Notes under the pieces: model-generated | Database searches by the model: none | Told to the model about the DNA's origin: nothing | What the model saw: only the letters and a program-made list of their open reading frames with translations | DNA from: Euglena gracilis | Taxonomy: Eukaryota | DNA: 64,000 nucleotides | Direction of reading: 5' to 3' | Assembly (NCBI GenBank): GCA_039621445.1 | Contig: CP154954.1 | Location: forward strand, 1,550,001-1,614,000 | Made by a program: the position numbers and the translations under genes | Part shown: positions 1-9,335 of the stretch, in pieces | Layout: each line of letters begins with the position of its first letter | Position numbering within the stretch: position 1 is the first letter of the stretch

Positions 1-3000
1 AATCCGACTTTTTGAATCCTTTGTATTCTATGACTTTGTCAGGTGCAAGGGGTAGTATTACACAGGTGAAACAATTGATAGGTATGCGAGGACTAATGTC
101 CGATTCTCAGGGTAATGTAATTCCTTTTCCAATAAAAACTAATTTTAAAGAAGGTTTAAATATTACTGAATATTTTGTTTCTTGTTACGGTGCTAGAAAA
201 GGCTTAATTGATACTGCTTTAAAAACAGCTAATGCTGGGTATTTAACTAGACGAATGATTTATACAGCACAAAACTTAATTGTAAAAAGGTCGGATTGTT
301 TTACAAAATATAATACGTGCGTATTACTACAAAACCAAGATAAAGAAGAACTAAAGTTTTTGAAGGAAAAATTAATTGGTAGAGTATTAGCAAAAACTAT
401 TGTTAATGCCAAAACAGGTGATATTTTAGTTAGTGCTGGTCAAGATATTTGTAATGTGTGGTTCGAGCTACAAAAATTTTAAAATTTAAGGAATGTGGCA
501 AATTCTTTTATATTAATTTTTATCTAAGATTATTATACTTTAAAATTAGCGAAATTCTAATAATATACAGATCATTGTTATTAAACATAATTTCCTTTTT
601 ATTAGAATAAAAAAACAGGATTAAAATTTCAAAGTATTAAAAGTATTTGAAATAGTAATTTTATATGGTTTACAGAAAATTAAGAAACTAAAAAGCTTCA
701 ACTTTTTTTATAATATTTTATTACACTTTGTTATTGAAAATTAAGGGGGAGTTATATTAGGAGCCATTTTAAAACATACCTTTTATGTATAGTAGTTATG
801 GTATAAACGAATTGAATTTTTATTTATAAGGATGGAATATGAAGCAAAAGGTCTGAACGATGTTATAAAAACGTTTAAAATACTCTATGAAAAGTAGTAG
901 GTGTAATCACCGGCATATGCTGATATATTTCTTAAATATCATAAAAAGTTTATGATTTTTAGGTAGCCGAGTGAAAAAGAATTTTCATGCTCGGTTTCGA
1001 ATGAGAAATATTTTTATTAAATATTAACTTTCAGTCTATACGTTTAAAAAAATTATTAATTTTCCCGAGGTTTATATTCGTACACCTTTTAATTGTGTAT
1101 TAATGGAAGGCATATGCCAAATATGCTATGGTTGGAATTTAGCCTGTGGCAAAATGGTAGAACTTGGTGAATGTGTAGGAATTTTAGCTGCTCAATCAAT
1201 AGGTGAGCCTGGTACGCAATTAACAATGCGAACTTTTCATACGGGTGGTGTTTTTTCTGCAAAGGCAAAAGAAGTTATAACATCTCCTTTAAATGGAAAA
1301 ATATGGTACGATTTGAAGTGTGTATCGTTTTTAATTTTACAATATTTAATGGCAGAATTAAACTTTCTATTTTAGACTAATTGTCTTTGTTATTGTATTA
1401 CAATTTTTATATTTATTACTTGTTATAGATAGTAACTTAAAGTTTTTTAAATTGATTTATATTGTAAGTTTATTTTTTTATAATTGAAATCAATTTTGCA
1501 GAATAGATAAACAAAATGTTGTTTATATTTTGTTACGTATTTTTTTAGTAAATAGAGTGAGAATAAATGGTTTTTCTAATAAAATTTATAATTTTAAACT
1601 TTATTTGATAAAACATGTTCTAAAAAACGATGTTTTAAAATAGAAGGAACGATTAAAATTAGTTTGGGGTTAGGGGATGTTTATTATTAGTATTTAAATT
1701 TATAGATCGCAATTATAAAATAAATATGAAGTATTAGCCATTAAATTAATCACAATTATAATTGAGTAGTCGTATGATATAATATATCAAGTATGACTTC
1801 GTAAAAGTGATTTTTATAGGTCAACTTTAACTACAGGGTTAAGAAGAGTTTATAATAAATTTAAGGAAAAAGCTTTTTTAACTTTGCAAGAAAAAAAAAT
1901 TGTGATTTACGAAAATGACGTTAGTAAATCTATTATTTTTTTACCTTCTAGTACGCTTTTATATGTTAAGCCAGGAAGAAAAATATTTGATAAGCAAATA
2001 ATAGGAGAATCTGTAAATTCTAACTTGAAAAATTACTTTTTTGGTATTGAGGAAATTCGAGATGTTAAGGCAAAAATTTCTGGTCAAATCTTTTTCCCTC
2101 AAATTAATTCGAAGCAATTTGGAAAAATATTTTGGATAATAAGTTCTATTATTATGAGTTTTACTTCTTTATTTTTTCATTTGACAAAGAAATTTTCTTT
2201 TAAAAATAAATTAATTTGTCCTACTACAAATGTTCATAAAAAAGAATTATTTGTTAACAGGAAGAAAGAACTTTTTCCTCGTAAATTTGGTAAATTATTT
2301 ATTAACATTAGGAACGTTAATAGTTTAGTTGATAAATCGAAAGTTTTAAAAAAAAGAAGTTCACATATTATTACATGTATACTTGATCAAGATAAGGTTA
2401 TAATGCTTCGAAATCTTAAAAAACAAAAGCGTATTTTTGGTAATTTTAAAATTGGATGTTTTCTTAAAACGGGTCAAATAATTAGTAATTTTAAGCTTCT
2501 TCATTCTTCTCAAATAATACAAGAAAGAAAAGAGTTTTCGATTTTTCGAAAAGTAATGCCTTTTTCGACTAATGATGATACATTGATGAGAATAGAAGAT
2601 AAACCTTTTATAAGAAAGAACCAATTATTATATCGCGTTAATTTTGTCCGAGAAAAAACTTATGATATAGTTCAAGGATTGCCTAAAGTAGAAAAATTGT
2701 TAGAAGCTCGAATGACTTCTTCGTTAAAAGAAATAATAAATAACCCTCATGATATATTGACGGAGTCTTTTTTTACTTTTTTAGATGATTATGAGAATCT
2801 TGTAGCTGCGCGAAAAAGTTTTGAGGTAATACAAAAATATTTAATAGATGGTGTTCAGACTGTTTATAAATCTCAGGGTGTCAAAATAGCGGATAAACAT
2901 ATTGAACTTATTGTTAAACAAATAACGTCAAAAGTGATTGTTACTAATCCAGGTGATTCTAGCTTTATGGTAGGGGATTTTTTAGATCTTAATTTAGTAG

Positions 3001-3230
3001 AGGTATTAAATAAAAGACTAGTAAATAGTATTGTTTATGAGCCTATAATTATGGGATTGACTCGTTTTTCTCTATCTAGTCAAAGTTTTATAGCTCAAGC
3101 GAGTTTTCAAGAAACTACTAGAGTTTTAACAAAAGCTGCTTTACAAGGAAGAGCTGATTGGTTATCTGGGTTAAAAGAAAATTTAGTTTTAGGAAATATT
3201 ATTCCCGCAGGTACTGGTTTTAAAAATTAA
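1..3230 (+). CDS. rpoC2: RNA polymerase beta'' subunit, 5'-truncated copy 1 (exons ~1-455, ~1037-1317, ~1832-3230; two group II introns)
   Basis: Motifs [79 protein letters not shown]; introns start GTGTGG and GTGTGT. Confidence 0.95.
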
Positions 3231-3260
3231 TTAGCAAAATTTACTATAATTTGAGTAACT

Positions 3261-3333
3261 GGGGGTATAGCTCAGTTGGTAGAGCGTCTGCCTTACAAGC
3301 AGAATGTCAGCGGTTCGAATCCGTTTGCCCTCA
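3261..3333 (+). tRNA. trnV: tRNA-Val(UAC), copy 1
   Basis: Cloverleaf; anticodon arm TCTGC-CT-TAC-AA-GCAGA; GTTCGAATC. Confidence 0.95.
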
Positions 3334-3349
3334 AAGGTTATTTACTTTA

Positions 3350-3421
3350 TCCTTAATAGCTCAGTGGTAGAGCAATCGGCTGTTAACCGATCGGTCGTAG
3401 GTTCGAATCCTACTTAAGGAG
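3350..3421 (+). tRNA. trnN: tRNA-Asn(GUU), copy 1
   Basis: TCCTTAA...TTAAGGA acceptor stem, anticodon GTT. Confidence 0.95.
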
Positions 3422-3424
3422 TAA

Positions 3425-3498
3425 GGGCTTGTAGCTCAGTGGACTAGAGCACGTGGCTACGAACTACGGAGTCAGGGGTTCGAATCCCTTCTTGCCCG
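3425..3498 (+). tRNA. trnR: tRNA-Arg(ACG), copy 1
   Basis: GGGCTTG acceptor stem, anticodon ACG, GTTCGAATC. Confidence 0.95.
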
Positions 3499-3543
3499 AT
3501 TGATTAGTAATTTCGTTATTTTTTATGATCATTTAATTTTTAA

Positions 3544-3627
3544 TACAGGCAGAGAGACTCGAACTCTCACATCATAAAGACACAGGAACCTAAATCCTGC
3601 GCGTCTACCAAATTCCGCCATGCCTGC
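3544..3627 (-). tRNA. trnL: tRNA-Leu(UAG), copy 1
   Basis: Reverse complement GCAGGCATGGCGGAATTTGGTAGACGCG..., anticodon TAG, long variable arm. Confidence 0.93.
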
Positions 3628-3698
3628 TTTATCAATATTAATAAATGTTAATATTGTTTTTTATTTATTTTAAAACGTGTTAAATAAATTTTGTTATT

Positions 3699-4153
3699 TT
3701 ATATTCTACGTCTCTTGCTAGGTCGACATCCATTATGTGGTAAGGGAGTGACATCTCTTATGCAACTTATGCGTAGACCTAAACTTTGTACGCATTTTAA
3801 AGCTGTTTCTCGTCCGGTTCCAGGTCCACTAATGTTTATCTCAACTTTTTGAAGTCCTTGTTCTATAGCTTTCTTAACGGCAATTGCAGTAGTTGTCTTT
3901 GTAGCTAACGGTGTAGCCTTTTTCGAGCTTTTAAAACCGCATGCTCCTGAAGATGACCAAGCGATTACATTTCCTTTTGGATCACTTACCGAAACTAAGA
4001 ATTTAATTAGATGTATTTTCTATTATTTAATATAAAGGAAAATTTTTTTTAGTTTTATTGTGATGATTTTTTGTATAATTTTTTTAATATTAAATCGCTT
4101 CATTATTATAAGTTGTTTTTTTAAGATATTGATTTTTAAATGCTTTTTTTAAA
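3699..4153 (-). pseudogene. rps11: rps11 3' part, cut by the junction with the GC-rich insert
   Basis: Minus strand VSDPKGNVIAWSSSGACGFK...DVTPLPHNGCRPSKRRRI; matches 32503-32957; 5' exon missing. Confidence 0.85.
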
Positions 4154-4285
4154 AGATTAAAAAAAAGAAAGGAAAAAACAAAAAAAAAAAAAATAAGGCA
4201 AAAGTAAAGAAAAAGAAAGGAGGGGAGGAAAAAAAAAAAGAAAGAATATAAGACAAAGGAAAAAAAAAAGAAAGAAAAAAAAAAA

Positions 4286-7200
4286 ACGTAGCAAGAGGGC
4301 GTTCTTGTGGTGGAACAGCTCCCCCGGGACCTGTGGGGATAGCGCCAGCCACCCTCCACGGCACACACCCTCACCCACAAAACCCAGGCAGGCACACCCC
4401 GGCCAAGCTTCTGCTTGATGACCCAGGGGGGTCCACTAGCTGGCCATTTTGCTAGCCACATGAAAAAGCCAGACCTCCGCCGGCCCAGAAATGGGGTCTT
4501 TAATGCTGGCTTTCTTCCCAAAAATTGCCAAAAAATGGGCATTTTTGTCAGGTTTTGGGTTCAAATTTCCGGCGCTTTGCCGTCACCGGGAAAAAGTTTT
4601 CCACCGTCTATCCCCCTTCCAAGGGGGGTGCATTAACCACTGGACTAACCCCCCCCCCCAAGAAACTGTCACCTGACAGGTTGGCCAGTGCCGGGGACCC
4701 TGACAACTTCCTGTCATGACAGGTACCGGTGCCGTGCCAGGGACCCTGACAACTTCCGATGCTGACAGGTTGGACAGTAATGGGGACCCTGACGATTTCC
4801 CGGGCGGGATCCTGACAGCTTCTCCAGCATGACCGGGGGGGGGGGGGGTAGGTAGCTAGAACAAAACAGCCAGGACACAGAGGACAACACGACGACTTAA
4901 GAGAAAAAAAGTTTCGTTGCCAATGCAAGTGTGCACCTGGACAAAAGGAGCCAAATGTGCACAGAAAGAAAAGGGCAGCAAATACAGTTTTTGGCGGGTG
5001 CTGCGATGGCATGAAGGGAACCCATTCATACCCGATTGGGGTTTGGAGACCCGGATGAGAAATTCGGACCCGTGTACTTCATCATTAAACGCTTGGGGAG
5101 AGGCTGGCAGGCTGGGGCTGGCAAAGGGCTGACCTCCACTTCGCCATCGCAGTTGAAGAGGACCACCGGGGTGAGGCCGAGGTAGAGGAGGTGCAGGTTG
5201 AGCACCTGCTGGTCCAGCGCGTCCCAGTACGGGCCCCGCATCTGTGGGCCGGCGGAGGTGACGGCGGGGTATGCCCTGTGTGGACTTCATTCTTCCCGGT
5301 AGACGGCACACCAGCACAACAATCAGGCCGCAGCGGACTTTTGAAAGGCGCATGGAATGCACGCCGACCAGGCTGTTTTTTTACCAACCCCGGGGGGAGG
5401 GGGGGTCCGGAGTGCCTATGAGTGCCTGCCCATGCAGGCACTCCCCCCCCCAGGGTGGGGTCAGCACCCGACTAAAAAACAGCCTGATGCCGACCCCCTG
5501 CGGAATGATGCCTTTAGTGCGTCAGCGAGCGCACAAGTTGTGACCGCATGGCCATGGCTGAGAAGGTCTGGTGGGGGGGGGGGGGTCGGACCTCCCCCCA
5601 CCCGGGAGGTGGAGGGTCGACCTCCCAATCACCACAGCATCAGCGCAAAGGAAAATTCCGCAGGCGCCGAAGTCGCCGAAGGAAAATTTTGACCAAAAAT
5701 CGTCGCCTTCCAAAATAGCAAAATAGGACGGGGTGGGGGTCAGACCTCAAGACGGGTTGTCGACCCCCCCCCACCCCACAGGGTTTCGGGGATTCCCGTC
5801 CAGCCCTGCACATGGCAAGGCAGCAAGAGCTGTCCAGCTCTCCTCAGCCCCCAGCCTTGGATGGCGCACCGCTGGGGGCCGCGGCTGTCTCGCGTTGGCC
5901 GTCTCACGTTGACCATTGTGGCCACACCACCCCCACAGAAGTGGTTTTAGGACTCGGGGGGGGAGGGGGGTCCGGACCCACCCAACCACCCTGGGGGGGG
6001 GAGGACTGGGGGAACCACTATGGGGTGTCAATTTTGGTCCAAAATTTTTTTCGGCACAAAGCACGGAAAATAGAGGGAAACCTCTCCTCCAGCGGGAACC
6101 CGCTGACCACCCGGGGAGGGGGGCTCGGCCCGGACCCACACACCCCGCCCCCGTCCCGCTCCGGTCAAAACACAAAAAAAAAACGCTGCACCCCACGCAC
6201 CTTGACCGCATCCACCGTGATTCGGGGGTTGTCGTCGAACAGGTTGTCCGTCAGCGACTTCAACAACACCGACGGCGCCTTGAAGTGGTTGAACGCCCCG
6301 TAGATGAGGTTGACGCCCAGGATGCCCTGGGGAATCCAAATGCCAATGACTTGTGTTATTTGTTGTGAGTTGTATTCAAAGAAACCCCGCTGCTTGTTTT
6401 CTTTTAGAGGGTTTTCAAAGTGAAATTGTCCGTGTGCGCGTTGCAACACATTGTATCAGTCTTCTTTTTAAGGCCCCCGGGGGAGAGGGGTCCCCCACCC
6501 CAGCCCGGCGAGGGACGCCCCCCCCCCCCCGGGAGGGGCCCCCCCAAAAATCAGACCATTTGAGGGCATTTCCCCAAAAAAAATGTCACTTCGCGCCGAA
6601 ACCCATACCCAGGACCCTCTCCCGGGGGGTGGATCCAGCCCCGGACCCACCCATCCACCCCCCCCCCGGGGGTCTTCTGACGGAAAAAGAAGCCTGCATC
6701 ATATACGTTACAACACAGGACACCTCCGTCAACGCCCAGTTACTATTTGACTTGCATCGTTGCCTTACCCTAGACTTCGGAAATTTCCAAATGCATTTTT
6801 GCCCTTCTCAACCGGTCGCTCAAAAATGGAACTTGAGACGTGCAATCAAAAACACACCGGGACACACACAACTTGAAGGAAATATGGAAAAGCATTTCAC
6901 CGACAGAAACAATCATGGACCAGGAAGAGACTGACGGTCTCCATGCAATCTCCACCGGCAGGAAAGCCCTTCCTCTCAACTCCGCTTTTGTGGTGTGAGG
7001 CGAGGGCTTTAAGAGGGGGCTTTCTGAATGGTGGGGGGATTGGTGGGGGTTGGGATGTTTGTGTGAAGAGCGCTGGATGACTGCCTCCGTCTGGAACTGT
7101 GCCAAGGGTCGCACCGGGCACAGAAAAAGAAAGGAAAGTGGCAAATAAAGCCCACAACACTGCCACGTTATTCAAAAAAAACAATCGACTTTTCGGGCTT

Positions 7201-7554
7201 CGGAGATCGAGCCAGCTTTCGACTCATTTTTGTCGAGTGTTCACTAAATATGCACTTTACAAGCAATAAACTTGACACCGTTTGTCTGGAGGAGGAATCA
7301 AAATTTGACTATATAATATATGGGTATATATTATAGAGGAGGGGGTCCACGGCTGTTGTGAGGGGGGGGGACACAGGCTGAGGGTGGGTTCAGGCGAGAG
7401 AGGGCGTACGGAGCCTACCAGGGCGTCCTGCTGGGCGTCAATGGAGGTGTCCAGCATGCGGACATGGAGGACGATGTCGCTGGGCTCGGCGTGGGGGTGG
7501 AGTTGGAGCCGGCAGCCGAGCCACCCGTGGCACTCCCCGCTCTGCGGTGGGCCC
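4286..7554 (-). CDS. Internal fragment of a spliced nuclear gene (exons 7419-7554, 6201-6326, 5134-5241, ~4286-4330) resembling a bacterial family usually labelled nicotinate-nucleotide adenylyltransferase-like
   Basis: All four exons are preceded by pyrimidine-rich CAG, the first three end at GT, and the three joins are phase 0. Product: GPPQSGECHGWLGCRLQLHPHAEPSDIVLHVRMLDTSIDAQQDAL|GILGVNLIYGAFNHFKAPSVLLKSLTDNLFDDNPRITVDAVK|MRGPYWDALDQQVLNLHLLYLGLTPVVLFNCDGEVE|VPGELFHHKNALLLR. Family identity is from memory. Confidence 0.8.
4664..4822. repeat. Degenerate intronic tandem repeat with core GGACCCTGACAACTTCC, about 4 units
   Basis: Core at ~4693, 4741, 4782, 4807; perfect palindrome CCTGTCATGACAGG at 4710-4723. 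Confidence 0.7.
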
Positions 7555-7600
7555 CTGGGGTGGGGTGGGGTTGTTGTGGTGGAGTTCATTGAACGTTTTA

Positions 7601-7601
<1 letters not shown>

Positions 7602-7642
<41 letters not shown>

Positions 7643-7662
7643 ACACACACACACACACACAC
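7602..7662. repeat. (CA)n microsatellite
   Basis: Directly visible. Confidence 0.97.
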
Positions 7663-7719
7663 GCCTGCAGATGGTTCTATCAAAAGTATCCATTGTTGGC
7701 AGTTGTTGTGTTGCGCTGC

Positions 7720-7965
7720 GGTGTGGTGTGGTGTGGTGTGGTGCGCTGTGTTGTGTTGCGGTGTGTTGTGTAGCGGTGTGGTTTGGTATGGTGTGGTGTG
7801 GTGTGGTGTGGTGTGGTGTGGTGTGGTGTGGTGTGGTGTGGTGTGGTGTGGTGTGGTGTGGTGTGGTGTGGTGTGGTGTGGTGTGGTGTGGTGTGGTGTG
7901 GTGTGGTGTGGTGTGGTGTGGTGTGGTGTGGTATGGGTGCGGTGCGGTGTGGTGTGGTGTGGTGT
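7720..7965. repeat. (GTGTG)n pentanucleotide satellite
   Basis: Directly visible; source of the VVWCG and HHTTP ORFs. Confidence 0.97.
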
Positions 7966-8030
7966 GCCAGCCTCCCCCCAAACCTGGGGCCCTCCGCGCC
8001 CCCCCCCCCACCTACCACATGGGTAAAGCT

Positions 8031-8631
8031 CAAAAGTTCATTAACTATTAACGATATCGCTTTCGAATTAAACCAATAATTTTTGCTTCTAAGTTTTTTT
8101 TGTTAAGAGATAAATGTGGTGGTATTAATAGTAATTCTTTAGATTCTATGTTTTTTTGTATGACATTTTCTGATACAGTACTTTTTTTATTTTTTATAAT
8201 ACTTTTTGGTTGGCAAATAAAACTAGGTATATTGATAACTTTGTCATCTACACAAATGTGACCATGATTTATTATTTGTTTTGCAGCCATTCGTTGGGGG
8301 GGGTTAGGGTGCAAAACCCTATTCGATGTACCATATTATCTAATTCCTTTCCAAAAAAGTTATCAAAAATCTTCCGGATGATCCTTTTTTTTTCCTAGAT
8401 TTTTTTTACATAATTTAAAAGTTGTCTTTCTGTTATTCCGTAGTAAATCGCCGTTTTTGTTTGTCTTTTTATCTTATATGTTTAGATTTTGATATTTTTT
8501 TTTCCTTTTAAAGATGTTTGCTGGTTTGCCCGGGGGATTTTTTCTTTTCTTTGGATGTTTTTATTTGTAAGACTAGGAAGTTTTTCAATTCTACGAACAA
8601 TTCCCAATCGTGGTCCTCTATATCTTGACAT
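8031..8631 (-). pseudogene. rps4: Error-ridden, 3'-truncated rps4 copy
   Basis: Aligns to 33253-33839 with many substitutions and indels; probably poor consensus. Confidence 0.8.
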
Positions 8632-8706
8632 AGTTTTATCTATATTTTTTTTGTTCTTAAATAATTTTTTCTATGTTAATTGTTTTTGTGTGTTAACATC
8701 TATTGC

Positions 8707-8790
8707 GAGTTTGTTGCCGAGTGGTTTAATTGGGGGCGGATTGTACATCCGCTAGTTTCATCTTCGCTGGTTCGAATACAGCACGACTCA
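8707..8790 (+). tRNA. trnY: tRNA-Tyr, degraded copy
   Basis: Matches 33916-33997 with several errors. Confidence 0.6.
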
Positions 8791-8854
8791 ACATCTTTTT
8801 ATATTTAATCTGACAGTTTTCGAGTTATAATAAATTTTTATTATATTTTTTATA

Positions 8855-8932
8855 GGGGGGTGTGCCCAATGGGTAAGGCAAAGGACTGTGACTCTCCTTC
8901 ATTCGGCGGGTTCGATCCCCCGTTAATTCACC
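8855..8932 (+). tRNA. trnH: tRNA-His, degraded copy
   Basis: Matches 34062-34134 with indels. Confidence 0.55.
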
Positions 8933-8947
8933 ATCTATTAATTTTTA

Positions 8948-9019
8948 GGCTCAGTAGCTCAGAGGTAGAGCAGGGGATTCATAAGCCCTTGGTCACAGGT
9001 TCAAATCTTGTCTGAGCCA
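8948..9019 (+). tRNA. trnM: tRNA-Met(CAU)
   Basis: GGCTCAG...CTGAGCC stem, anticodon CAT. Confidence 0.92.
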
Positions 9020-9023
9020 AACT

Positions 9024-9096
9024 GCGCTTTTAGTTCAATTGGTAGAACGTAGGTCTCCAAAACCTGATGTAGTAGGTTCGAATCCTACAGAGCGCG
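9024..9096 (+). tRNA. trnW: tRNA-Trp(CCA)
   Basis: GCGCTTT stem, anticodon CCA. Confidence 0.93.
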
Positions 9097-9123
9097 TTTA
9101 TTTTTTTTCTTTATCTTAAATTT

Positions 9124-9196
9124 GCCCCCATCGTCTAGAGGCCTAGGACATCTCCCTTTCACGGAGGCAACGGGGATTCGAATTCCCCTGGGGGTA
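9124..9196 (+). tRNA. trnE: tRNA-Glu(UUC)
   Basis: GCCCCCATCGTCTAG..., anticodon TTC. Confidence 0.93.
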
Positions 9197-9202
9197 ATTT
9201 AT

Positions 9203-9275
9203 GCGGGTATAGCTCAGTTGGTAGAGCGTGGTCCTTCCAAGTCCAATGTCGCGTGTTCGAATCACGTTACCAGCT
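9203..9275 (+). tRNA. trnG: tRNA-Gly(UCC)
   Basis: GCGGGTATAGCTCAG..., anticodon TCC; one acceptor-stem mismatch versus the other copies. Confidence 0.88.
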
Positions 9276-9335
9276 TTTAACTTTTTGTCTTTATAGAAAG
9301 TTAATTTTTCATTTTTATAATATATTTAATATACT

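Larger units (their letters stand above)
4154..8030. other. GC-rich nuclear-type DNA segment embedded in plastid sequence
   Basis: Abrupt shift to GC-rich composition, G/C runs, microsatellites and GT-AG exons; replaces ~290 bp (32958-33250) of the clean plastid copy. Confidence 0.9.

Noticed and set aside
2361-2624. Antisense 87-aa ORF (also 21995, 31165) and similar shadow ORFs over rps4, psbB, psbH, 48622 and 50629
   Set aside because: Opposite-strand or off-frame shadows of real genes
4664-4822. Possible CRISPR array
   Set aside because: Repeats are degenerate, the spacers resemble each other, there are no cas genes, and the context is a eukaryotic intron
4090-7184. Many overlapping 60-190 aa ORFs in the GC-rich insert
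   Set aside because: Chance ORFs in GC-rich introns; only the four spliced exons form a coherent protein
7384-8079. ORFs with VVWCG, HHTTP, HT and CV repeats
   Set aside because: Products of the (GTGTG)n and (CA)n microsatellites
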